Positions 19,849 to 28,665 are shown, counted from the stretch's first letter. The stretch: 33,522 nucleotides of DNA from Dehalococcoidia bacterium UBA1152 (GCA_002311285.1 DBZU01000009.1:48321-81842); one strand, 5' to 3'. Notes: generated by a model not told the origin, from the letters alone. A program made the numbers and translations.

Positions 19849-20820
19849 TTAATTACGGATAATCAAAACATTATTAATTAAAGTATCTAAACCGCCCAGC
19901 TCATACTTGTATCGTTCTGATCCTTTTAGAAAATTAAATCGTGACTTTTGTAAGCTGATTGCTTCTTTTATTGTATAGGCTTTATTTATAAGGCCTGCAC
20001 TAAGTTCACGATTAGAGGAATCATAACCGCTATTGTAGAGCATGAACTCTCCTTGATAATCAAAAACCAAGCATCCAGCTACTCTCCGGTTATTAAATTC
20101 TAAAAAGGACAGGTGTACACAATCGTTGCTAGATGCTTCTTGTATCAGTGATCTAAAAAACTTTTCAATGTTCGGAGTCAAAAACGATGATTTTGCTTGG
20201 CTTGTAAGCTTCATTAACTTAAAAAACTCGCTTATATCTTGATCTAATGGCTTACTTAATGATACCTGTTTAACCTCGCCCATGTTTTCGATTCGACGAA
20301 TTTTTCGCCTAAGTTCATGTCTATGTTTTTTACGCAAAGACGCAACAAATGACTCCCATGAATCAGGCAATTGTGCTATTGGGGCTACGCCACATTCAGA
20401 AAGTTTTATTGAGTAATTCCGTTGTTTTGAAATTTCCATCAGTGCAATTGTATTTAGCGAGTCTTGCGGTACAGAGGGCAATTCTAAGGTGGTCCATTTG
20501 GTTTTTGCTAAATAATCAAACAATACATTTATTACCTCTGTTTCCATGCCTTTTTCAATCACCAAATCTTGATAGTCAAACAGATTTGGATCCCCGCCCA
20601 ATTTTAAGTTCGAATTTTCCTTTACGATTGGAATGACTCCAACTAACTTGTTGTTTTTCCGAATGAGAAAGTTCACAAGTTTGTGATCAACGCCAACTGA
20701 TTTTTGCCACGCTCTCAAAAACCAATGGGAAAAAAATATATTTGGACTCGCAATCCGTGTCATTAGATCATCCCATTCTTCTACATCCAAATCGCGAGTA
20801 TGACGGTCAATGAATTCCAA
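19849..20820 (-). CDS. CelD/BcsL-like (Fem-fold) GNAT acyltransferase
   Basis: 'P.IFFS..F', 'LPDSWESFVASLRKKHRHELRRKIRR', 'YNSGYD', 'FNFLKGSERYKYELG'. Confidence 0.8.
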   Translation of the reverse strand: MEFIDRHTRDLDVEEWDDLMTRIASPNIFFSHWFLRAWQKSVGVDHKLVNFLIRKNNKLVGVIPIVKENSNLKLGGDPNLFDYQDLVIEKGMETEVINVLFDYLAKTKWTTLELPSVPQDSLNTIALMEISKQRNYSIKLSECGVAPIAQLPDSWESFVASLRKKHRHELRRKIRRIENMGEVKQVSLSKPLDQDISEFFKLMKLTSQAKSSFLTPNIEKFFRSLIQEASSNDCVHLSFLEFNNRRVAGCLVFDYQGEFMLYNSGYDSSNRELSAGLINKAYTIKEAISLQKSRFNFLKGSERYKYELGGLDTLINNVLIIRN

Positions 20821-20922
20821 TTCAGTAACATTAAAACTTGTAATTTAAGCACCTAATCTTTCGAATATTTGGAATTTAGGCGAATAGACCTAAATACAGT
20901 ACAAATCTATAAGTCAGTTGAA

Positions 20923-21117
20923 CTAACAATGCCTACATCTCATATTTTTAGGAGAGAAAATATCGCCTTTATCTCCATCTTGAATCGCATAGTCCAAAAG
21001 AACTCTTATTGCTTTTGACTCATCTGGAAAATCATAATCTTGAATAATTTCACTTATCCAATCTAATTGATCTGATTCTAATTCAAGCGTCATTTCAATT
21101 TTATTTTTATTAGGCAT
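20923..21117 (-). CDS. Small putative ribbon-helix-helix protein with C-terminal CxxC
   Basis: Alternating beta strand 'IEMTLEL', two helices ('DESKAIRVLLDYAI'), ends in CRHC; purine-rich RBS upstream. Confidence 0.6.
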   Translation of the reverse strand: MPNKNKIEMTLELESDQLDWISEIIQDYDFPDESKAIRVLLDYAIQDGDKGDIFSPKNMRCRHC

Positions 21118-21134
21118 ACAATATTTCTCTTTCT

Positions 21135-21178
21135 TTTAATAACCGTACAATTTATTTAATAACCGTACAATTTATTTA
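21135..21178. repeat. Perfect 20-bp tandem direct repeat (about 2.2 copies)
   Basis: TTTAATAACCGTACAATTTA x2 followed by TTTA. Confidence 0.9.
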
Positions 21179-21205
21179 TACCAGTTGTGAAACTAATTAT
21201 CCAAC

Positions 21206-21234
21206 TTGAATACGGTGAACAATCCTCATAGAAT
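21206..21234 (+). promoter_or_regulatory. Putative sigma70 promoter of glyA
   Basis: TTGAAT-N17-TAGAAT. Confidence 0.6.
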
Positions 21235-21359
21235 TATAACGTTAATTCGGATTTGTGATTCCTCCCTTTTGGGGTTTAATTAGATTATTTTCTTCACAAA
21301 TACTGAGTGGTTTCCTATTTAGCAACAAATGAACAAGCCAAACAAGTTTCTATATCGGA

Positions 21360-22619
21360 TTGGAGTCTAAGTTGAATATTCTAGAAAAACACGACCCTGA
21401 TATTTATACAGCTGTTAGTCAAGAGGAGCAGCGTCAAAGAAGAAATATAAATCTAATTGCATCCGAAAATTATGCGAGTAAAGCAGTTATGCAGGCGCAG
21501 GCTACAGTGATGGCTAATAAATATGCCGAGGGTTATCCCGGTAAACGTTATTACGGCGGGTGTGAGAATATTGATGTAGTCGAAACTTTAGCCATCGACA
21601 GAGCCAAATCATTGTTTGAATCGGAACATGCTAATGTACAGCCTCACTCCGGGGCTCAATCTAATATGGCTGTATATCATTCAATTTTGCAACCAGGGGA
21701 CACAGTACTTGGATTAAGGCTTGACCAGGGTGGCCATTTAACGCATGGAAGCAGGGTTAATTTCTCAGGTAGGCACTATAATTTTGTGTCTTATGGAGTC
21801 GATAAAGAAACAGAACTGGTAGACATGGAAGAGGTTTTGATATTAGCAAAAAAGCATAGGCCAAAGATAATTGTTGCTGGCGCTACAGCTTATCCCCGAA
21901 CATTTAATTTTAAGCGGTTTGGTGAAATAGCCAATGAAATTGACTCACTATTGATGGTAGATATGGCACATGTCGCCGGACTGGTAGCTGCTAAAGTTCA
22001 TCCTTCTCCAATCCCATACGCAGACGTAGTGACATCAACTACTCATAAAACTCTCAGGGGGCCTAGAGGTGGAATAATTCTAAGTAAAGAAACTCATGCA
22101 ACAAAGATTGATAGAGGCGTATTTCCAAACGTTCAAGGAGGGCCGCTCGAAAATACGATAGCAGCAAAAGCGGTAGCTTTTGGGGAAGCAATGAAACCTG
22201 ATTTTAAGAAGTATTCTAAATTAGTAATTAAAAACGCAAGTGGCCTTGCGCAAGTGTTGGCAACTGGCGGATTAAGAATTGTTTCAGGGGGAACAGACAC
22301 TCACATGGTTTTAGTTGATCTTAGACCAATGAATATAACTGGCAAAGAGGCAGAAGAAACACTGGATAAAGTTTGTATAACTGTAAACAGAAATGCCATA
22401 CCTTATGACCCTCAAAAGCCAAGGGTAACCAGCGGAATTAGGCTTGGTACTCCAGCTATAACTAGCAGAGGATTCTGTGGGCAGGACGTAAATTTAGTTG
22501 GTGAACTGATTTTACGAGCCCTGAAACATATGAACAATAACTCTAAGTTATTAGAAATTAGGAATGATGTTGTTGCTCTAACTTCTAAATTTCCTGTGCC
22601 TGGAATTGACGACTTATGA
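21360..22619 (+). CDS. glyA: Serine hydroxymethyltransferase
   Basis: 'LIASENY', '[14 protein letters not shown]', PLP motif '[12 protein letters not shown]'. Confidence 0.98.
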   Translation: MESKLNILEKHDPDIYTAVSQEEQRQRRNINLIASENYASKAVMQAQATVMANKYAEGYPGKRYYGGCENIDVVETLAIDRAKSLFESEHANVQPHSGAQSNMAVYHSILQPGDTVLGLRLDQGGHLTHGSRVNFSGRHYNFVSYGVDKETELVDMEEVLILAKKHRPKIIVAGATAYPRTFNFKRFGEIANEIDSLLMVDMAHVAGLVAAKVHPSPIPYADVVTSTTHKTLRGPRGGIILSKETHATKIDRGVFPNVQGGPLENTIAAKAVAFGEAMKPDFKKYSKLVIKNASGLAQVLATGGLRIVSGGTDTHMVLVDLRPMNITGKEAEETLDKVCITVNRNAIPYDPQKPRVTSGIRLGTPAITSRGFCGQDVNLVGELILRALKHMNNNSKLLEIRNDVVALTSKFPVPGIDDL

Positions 22620-22627
22620 GTTTCCTT

Positions 22628-23323
22628 TTATTTATTTAATAAAGCATCTAATGCCTGTTTAGCCGCCTCTTGCTGTGCAACAATTTTCCTAGACCCAGTC
22701 CCAACACCCATAACCTTATCATCTATTAAAACTTCCACAGAAAACGTCAAGTCATGTGGATCTCCAACGGAGTCAATAGTTCTGTATCTTGGCACTGATT
22801 CGCTCTTACTTTGCAACAACTCTTGGAGTTGTTTTTTATTATTTGTGACGTTATCTAGCTTATTGACATATATATCAAAAAGGCGGGCTATCATTTCTTT
22901 TGCAGCATCATAACCGGCATCAATAAAAATAGCAGCAACTATAGCTTCGAAGGCTGCTGCAAGTATAGACTGATTAATTCGTCCGTCTTGTGCTACAGCC
23001 CCTTTCCCAAGAATCAAACACTCTCCTAGATTAATCTCCGAAGCAATTTTTGCCAGAGTTGCTCCGTTGATCAATTTGTCCGACTCAATTGTCAATTTTC
23101 CTTCAGGCCAATTTTGATGTTTGTTATAGAGTTGATCCGCAACAACTAAATCTAATACAGCATCTCCCAAAAATTCTAACCGCTGGTTAGATTCGGTTCT
23201 TTGTATCCCTATTTCATTAACAGCCGAAGGATGAGTCAACGCCATCTTCAACAAATCACGGTTACTAAACTTTACACCGAGTCTAGCTTCTAAGTTGTTA
23301 AAATTAACATCCTTTCTGTTCAA
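22628..23323 (-). CDS. rnc: Ribonuclease III
   Basis: 'ALTHPS', 'NQRLEFLGDAVL', C-terminal dsRBD; TTG start. Confidence 0.95.
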   Translation of the reverse strand: MNRKDVNFNNLEARLGVKFSNRDLLKMALTHPSAVNEIGIQRTESNQRLEFLGDAVLDLVVADQLYNKHQNWPEGKLTIESDKLINGATLAKIASEINLGECLILGKGAVAQDGRINQSILAAAFEAIVAAIFIDAGYDAAKEMIARLFDIYVNKLDNVTNNKKQLQELLQSKSESVPRYRTIDSVGDPHDLTFSVEVLIDDKVMGVGTGSRKIVAQQEAAKQALDALLNK

Positions 23324-23327
23324 CCCC

Positions 23328-23945
23328 TTACCCTAAACCTTTCGGCCATGGAGGCTGAGGACGTTTAATTTCACCTATATACGTTCTGTCACCGAAGAGA
23401 GAGATAAAATGACCGAAAACCCTATAAGCATCATCTTCTGGTGGCATGAGAGTTTTAATAAATGCCGATTGGCCATTCTCAAAAACAAACGTCGGCGTGC
23501 CGAAAACACCGTATTCGCTAACAGCTTCTTTGTGATCAAGTTCAATTTCTCTAATTAAATTTGAATCTTCAAGATCAGCCAGAAGTTGTTTTTTATTTAG
23601 ACCTGACTCATCAGCAACCGTTAATAATTCTTGATAGCTATCCATTCGAATGCGTTTACCTGAATGGCATGCCTTGTAAATATTTAAATTAAAGGTATCA
23701 AACAGTTCTTCTCCTTGACGTATTGCGGCTTTTGCTATCTTGTGAGCAAATATCGACCTGCCCTGTTGTTCAGGCGGCAATATCCAGAATCGGTCTTGAT
23801 CTACTCCATCCTTATTTGCATCTAATACAAATGATTTCCATTTAATTGTTAAGTCGAATCCATCCTTACGTACTTTATCCAGCCACACGGCTGCATTGTA
23901 AGCAAATGGTCAGATGTAATCATGAAAAACTTCTACTTTTAGCAT
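23328..23945 (-). CDS. DsbA/FrnE (Rv2466c-like) thioredoxin-fold oxidoreductase, probable selenoprotein (205 aa, Sec12)
   Basis: ATG 23945 with GAGG RBS reads MLKVEVFHDYI-TGA-PFAYNAAV in frame into the track ORF. The TGA (23910-23912) occupies the catalytic Cys position. cis-Pro 'GVFGTPTF' motif is present. Confidence 0.82.
23860..23909 (-). promoter_or_regulatory. Putative bacterial SECIS element
   Basis: Immediately 3' of the UGA: upper stem CAGCC-GUGU-GGCUG with a G-initiated loop 21 nt after the UGA; lower stem CCAU..CUUAC/GUAAG.AUGG. Confidence 0.62.
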
Positions 23946-24107
23946 TTCAACCTCTTGAGTTTTTAATTGAGTCACTTCTTTAACTACCCTCCCCTATTTC
24001 TTCTGCAAATTTTAGCACTTTGAAACACATCAATGTACTAAATACTTTTTTAGCAATCGTATAATGTGATTTAAACATTATTTATTAGTCTTGGAGAATT
24101 CGTTTAA

Positions 24108-25145
24108 ATGTCAAAACCAAAAGTTGCGTATATAAGATCAGCTCGATTAGAAGTTTTATCGGATGACACTGAATTATCGTTAACCAAAAGAAATCTTGAT
24201 CTGGTGGAGCATGATCTTGAAGTTCATATGGTCTCCAGCGAAGGCGAAATCATTGAGGCAGTTAAAGAAGCTGATTTAATAATAGACGAAATGGTTCCAC
24301 TAGGAAAATCAGTAATTGAACAAATGCATAAAGCACAGGCTATAGTTAGTTTAGGCCATGGGTTTAATCACATAGATGAAAAAGCCGCTACCGATATGGG
24401 AATAATGCTTACTAATTGCGCTGGGTATTGCTCAGATGAAGTAGCCAATCACACAATAATGTTTTTGTTGGCATGTTCTAAACGACTTGTATTGCTTGAT
24501 AAGTTGGTTAGAAACGGTGAATGGAGCAACGAAACCTTAAAGAGCCTTTTCCCGATGCCTGCAATTTACGGACAAACCCTTGGTCTAATTGGATTCGGAA
24601 ATATTGGGCGACACGTATCAAGAAAGGCGAAAGCATTCGGAATTAAAGTAATTGTATTTGACCCATACCTAGAACCTTGGGTGTCACAAGAATATGAAGT
24701 GCAAAGTATGTCTTCTTTAGAAAATTTAGGTTCTGAATCAGATTATATATCTATGCATGTTCCATTAAACTCGGAAACTAAAGGCTTGGCAGATGAAGTT
24801 CTTTTCAAAAACATGAAGTCCAGCGCCTATTTTATTAATACCTGTAGAGGAGAAACGCATAATGAATCTGCCCTAATATCGGCTTTAGAAAACAAGAACA
24901 TAGCTGGAGCAGCCCTTGACGTTTTTGAAATTGAACCTACTCCAAAAGATAATCCGTTATTGTTAATGGACAACGTCATTGTCTCGCCGCACTCAGCTGG
25001 CACTTCTGACAATTCAAGACGTGATGGTAGAGTAAGACTTGGAGAAGAAGCTGCGCGTATTTTATTGGGCATGTATCCAATGTCTCTGGTAAATTCCTCC
25101 GTTAAAAACAAAATTCCTCGTAGGAATCCAGCTAAATCTCTGTAA
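24108..25145 (+). CDS. D-isomer-specific 2-hydroxyacid dehydrogenase (CtBP-like)
   Basis: GFGNIG Rossmann motif, 'INTCRG', 'LDVFEIEP', catalytic 'SPHSA'. Confidence 0.9.
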   Translation: MSKPKVAYIRSARLEVLSDDTELSLTKRNLDLVEHDLEVHMVSSEGEIIEAVKEADLIIDEMVPLGKSVIEQMHKAQAIVSLGHGFNHIDEKAATDMGIMLTNCAGYCSDEVANHTIMFLLACSKRLVLLDKLVRNGEWSNETLKSLFPMPAIYGQTLGLIGFGNIGRHVSRKAKAFGIKVIVFDPYLEPWVSQEYEVQSMSSLENLGSESDYISMHVPLNSETKGLADEVLFKNMKSSAYFINTCRGETHNESALISALENKNIAGAALDVFEIEPTPKDNPLLLMDNVIVSPHSAGTSDNSRRDGRVRLGEEAARILLGMYPMSLVNSSVKNKIPRRNPAKSL

Positions 25146-25180
25146 TGGACCGTTTAAGGCACTGTAATATTAAATCCTGC

Positions 25181-25218
25181 GGCTCCAGAAGATACAGCCG
25201 AGTGTATCTTCTGAAGCC
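25181..25218. repeat. 16-bp inverted repeat (15/16 match, 6-nt loop)
   Basis: GGCTCCAGAAGATACA-gccgag-TGTATCTTCTGAAGCC. Confidence 0.85.
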
Positions 25219-25239
25219 ATCAAAACAGAAGGGAAATAG

Positions 25240-26826
25240 ATGTTTGACGTAATAATAAAAAATGGCTCGCTCATTGATGGCAGCGGCAAGCCTCGGGTAA
25301 GGTCTGATATAGCTATCAAAGGCGAAAAAATAGAAGCTATGGGTGATTTATCTAATGCACCTAGCAAGGACATTATTGATGCAAGTGGGAAAGTAGTATC
25401 GCCAGGATTTATCGACGCACATGCTCACTCTGATGGTATTTTACTAACAGACCCACAACATGAATCAGGTTTAAGGCAAGGAATTACTACTGAAATTCTC
25501 GGTCAAGACGGACTTTCATATGCGCCACTAAGCCCAGCAAATTATCGCATGTATCGACAATATCTTTCAGGTCTGCTCGGGTTGCCTCCAAGCAATCTAG
25601 ATATGAGTAGCGTAGAAGCTTTTAGAAAAAATTATCATAAAAAATGTGCAGTAAATACTGCTTATTGTGTAGCTCATGGCGCAATCCGTATTGAGACAGT
25701 CGGTTTTAGGGACGTACCATTAATCGGTAAGGATTTAGACAAGGCTAAGGCTATGGTACGCGAATCAATTGAACAAGGAGCTGTTGCCTTATCCACCGGC
25801 ATGTCTTACTATCCAAATTGCTGGAGCACCACCGAAGAATTGATAGAGTTGTGTAGTTCAGCCAACAAGGTCGGAGGATTATATGTCACTCATCTTAGAG
25901 ACGTAAACACAGAAAGAGGCTTTGAAGGAGGAGGAGTAGCAGAAGCACTCGAAATAGGTAGAAAATCTGGGGTTAAGGTCCATTTCTCACACTTCAGAAC
26001 CACTGCGGAGGATTTTGGAATTACTAGCGCTGAACAAAAAATTTCCCCTATAGACAAAGCTAAACATGAAGTTGATTCGACGCTTGAACTCTATCCATAT
26101 CCTGTAGGTAGTAGTTTTGCAATCATGACCTTAGACTCAATATCTCAAGATGGCGGTACGGAATCAATACTTGATAGGTTGAAGAATCCCGTAAAACGCA
26201 AAATAGTGGAAAAACTAGTAGACACGTATGATTCCAGACCTTTAGACCAACTAGTATTCACTCATCTGCCCAATAATCCAGACCTTGAAGGCATGAGTGT
26301 GATGGATATCTCTACTTCCACTGGGATGACGAGAGGCCAGGTAATATGTGACTTGCTAATAAAAGAGGATCTTCAAGTAGGATTTCGATCTGTGCCTCCA
26401 GCAAGCCCCGCCATCTGGCGACACCTTATGAAAGATCAAATGTATTTTTTGTCAAGGCCGGATTATATGGTAGGTACTGATCAAATTTCATTAGGCGGAT
26501 TTCCTCATCCTAGAGCGTATGGAGCCTTCCCTCGCTTCTTAGGAAGATACCTTAGGCAGATGCCCGAAATTATGGATTTGGAAACGATGATTCAAAGAAT
26601 TACTGATAACCCGGCTAAAAGATTTGGTATCAAAAACCGTGGTTTACTAAAAGAAGGGTATTTTGCAGATATAGTAATTTTTGATCCAGACGCCATAATA
26701 GATACAGCTACATTTGATGACCCTAAACAATATCCGATTGGAATACCATATGTGATAGTTAACGGACAGCTTGCTGTAAAAGACGAGATATGTACCGGTA
26801 TTATGGCTGGCCATGCAGTTCCATAA
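25240..26826 (+). CDS. N-acyl-D-amino-acid deacylase (D-aminoacylase family amidohydrolase)
   Basis: 'PGFIDAHAHSD', 'THLRD', 'HFSH', 'HPRAYGAFPRFLG', 'ADIVIFDP'. Confidence 0.9.
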   Translation: MFDVIIKNGSLIDGSGKPRVRSDIAIKGEKIEAMGDLSNAPSKDIIDASGKVVSPGFIDAHAHSDGILLTDPQHESGLRQGITTEILGQDGLSYAPLSPANYRMYRQYLSGLLGLPPSNLDMSSVEAFRKNYHKKCAVNTAYCVAHGAIRIETVGFRDVPLIGKDLDKAKAMVRESIEQGAVALSTGMSYYPNCWSTTEELIELCSSANKVGGLYVTHLRDVNTERGFEGGGVAEALEIGRKSGVKVHFSHFRTTAEDFGITSAEQKISPIDKAKHEVDSTLELYPYPVGSSFAIMTLDSISQDGGTESILDRLKNPVKRKIVEKLVDTYDSRPLDQLVFTHLPNNPDLEGMSVMDISTSTGMTRGQVICDLLIKEDLQVGFRSVPPASPAIWRHLMKDQMYFLSRPDYMVGTDQISLGGFPHPRAYGAFPRFLGRYLRQMPEIMDLETMIQRITDNPAKRFGIKNRGLLKEGYFADIVIFDPDAIIDTATFDDPKQYPIGIPYVIVNGQLAVKDEICTGIMAGHAVP

Positions 26827-26922
26827 TGAATATTACACACAACGATTCTTACTTGATGGGTAGTTACAGCAAATTAAGGTTCTCAAGTGTAAAAAGTGAT
26901 CGGTCAACAATAGAGGTATTTA

Positions 26923-28665
26923 ATGTCTGAAGGATTAAATCCAGAACTAATAGAACACAGAAAGCGTATGCGCCATTCTGCTGCACATGTATTAGCGGAT
27001 ATTGTTACTCGAAATCATCCGGATATTCGTCTTGGAATTGGACCTCCAACTGAAAACGGTTTCTATTATGATTTTTTAACTGACAAGACGTTTTCTGAGG
27101 ATGATCTAAAAGGTTTCGAAAAGCAAATGCAGGCCGTAATCAAAGACGATTTAGAATTTATATACAAAGAGTATGATAGAGAAACAGCTAAATTACTAAA
27201 TGCCGATCAACCACTTAAACTTGAACTGATAGATGATCTCCCTGAAGATGAGCCGATTTCTACATATACCCATGGCAAGTTTGAGGATTTATGCGGAGGT
27301 CCACATGTCAAATCTACTGGTGAAATAAAGGCTTATAAATTATTGCAGGTCGCAGGGGCTTATTGGCGAGGCGACGAAAATCGTCCAATGCTTCAACGGA
27401 TTTATGGTACTGCTTTCGAAAACCCGGAGGAACTAGAAAAATATCTTGAAAATGTAGAGGAGGCAAAAAAGCGTGATCACCGATTAATTGGCAAAAAATT
27501 AAATCTTTTTTCTATTTCAGAAGATATTGGACCAGGTTTAGTTATCTGGCACCCGAAGGGAGCAATTGTCCGCGGGATTATCGAGGACTTTTGGAAATCA
27601 GAACACACATCTGCTGGCTATTCATTAATATACACTCCTCATATTGGAAAATCCGACCTTTGGAAGACTTCAGGCCATCTAGAATTCTATTCAGATAACA
27701 TGTTCGCTCCCATGGATATGGATGGACAGGATTACTACCTTAAACCGATGAATTGCCCATTTCACATGACATACTATAAAACCGATTTAAGAAGCTATCG
27801 GGATCTACCTTTAAGAATTGGGGAAATCGGCACGGTCTATCGATATGAACGAGGCGGAGTTTTATCAGGATTGTTGCGAGTACGTGGTTTGACACAAGAT
27901 GATGCTCATATCTTCTGCCGTGAGGACCAAGTGCAAAACGAGGTTAACCAAATTTTAGATTTAACCTTTCACTTATTAAGCACTTTTGGATTTACAGACT
28001 ATAGAGTTATGTTGGCTACACAGCCAGAAAAAGCTGTAGGTGAAAAGTCGCAATGGGATGTTGCTACTCAGGCCCTTAAGGACACTTTGAATTCAAGAGG
28101 AATTGATTACGATCTAGATGAAGGGGGCGGGGCATTTTATGGACCAAAAATAGACATACATATAAAAGACGCTATAGGTAGATTATGGCAGGTCACAACA
28201 ATACAATTTGATTTTAATTTACCAGATCGTTTTGAACTTCAATATATTGGTGAAGATGGAGCAAAACACGAGCCTTATGTTCTACATAGAGCATTATTAG
28301 GGTCTATGGAAAGGTTTATGGGCATTCTTATTGAACATTACGGTGGAGCTTTTCCGACATGGTTGGCACCCATCCAAGCCATAATAATACCAATCGCCAG
28401 TCGACACGAGAAATATGGCACTAAAGTGGTTGATGAACTGTCAAATTTTGGCATTCGATGTGAGTTAGATGACCGTAACGAACGAATGGGATCTAAAATT
28501 AGAGGAGCTCAAGTCCAAAAGATACCGTACATGTTGGTGGTGGGTGACAGGGAAGTAGACACAAAAAGTGTTTCCGTAAGATATAAAACGGGAACGGACC
28601 TTGGATCAATGTCTATTGCACAAATAACGCAAAAAATTGCTGATGAAAGTAAATTAAAAAGCTAA
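26923..28665 (+). CDS. thrS: Threonine--tRNA ligase (lacks the N-terminal TGS domain)
   Basis: 'RHSAAH', 'DLCGGPH', 'KPMNCP', 'QDDAHIFC', 'HRALLGSMERF'. Confidence 0.98.
   Translation: MSEGLNPELIEHRKRMRHSAAHVLADIVTRNHPDIRLGIGPPTENGFYYDFLTDKTFSEDDLKGFEKQMQAVIKDDLEFIYKEYDRETAKLLNADQPLKLELIDDLPEDEPISTYTHGKFEDLCGGPHVKSTGEIKAYKLLQVAGAYWRGDENRPMLQRIYGTAFENPEELEKYLENVEEAKKRDHRLIGKKLNLFSISEDIGPGLVIWHPKGAIVRGIIEDFWKSEHTSAGYSLIYTPHIGKSDLWKTSGHLEFYSDNMFAPMDMDGQDYYLKPMNCPFHMTYYKTDLRSYRDLPLRIGEIGTVYRYERGGVLSGLLRVRGLTQDDAHIFCREDQVQNEVNQILDLTFHLLSTFGFTDYRVMLATQPEKAVGEKSQWDVATQALKDTLNSRGIDYDLDEGGGAFYGPKIDIHIKDAIGRLWQVTTIQFDFNLPDRFELQYIGEDGAKHEPYVLHRALLGSMERFMGILIEHYGGAFPTWLAPIQAIIIPIASRHEKYGTKVVDELSNFGIRCELDDRNERMGSKIRGAQVQKIPYMLVVGDREVDTKSVSVRYKTGTDLGSMSIAQITQKIADESKLKS

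Noticed and set aside
21135-21178. Possible CRISPR remnant
   Set aside because: The repeats are contiguous with no spacers and there are no cas genes.
21185-21202. Rex-like half site TTGTGAA
   Set aside because: The second half does not match TTCACAA at the 4-nt spacing.
23910-23912. TGA as a nonsense mutation or as Trp (genetic code 4)
   Set aside because: TGA serves as a normal stop in this window (ybeY, glyA) and Trp is encoded by TGG. Its position at the catalytic Cys plus the hairpin favours Sec, though a pseudogene cannot be fully excluded.
24012-24041. CIRCE-like half site TTAGCACTT
   Set aside because: There is no GAGTGCTAA arm at the 9-nt spacing and no chaperone gene adjacent.
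26827-26922. T-box leader upstream of thrS
   Set aside because: Only 96 nt long, with no T-box consensus or terminator.
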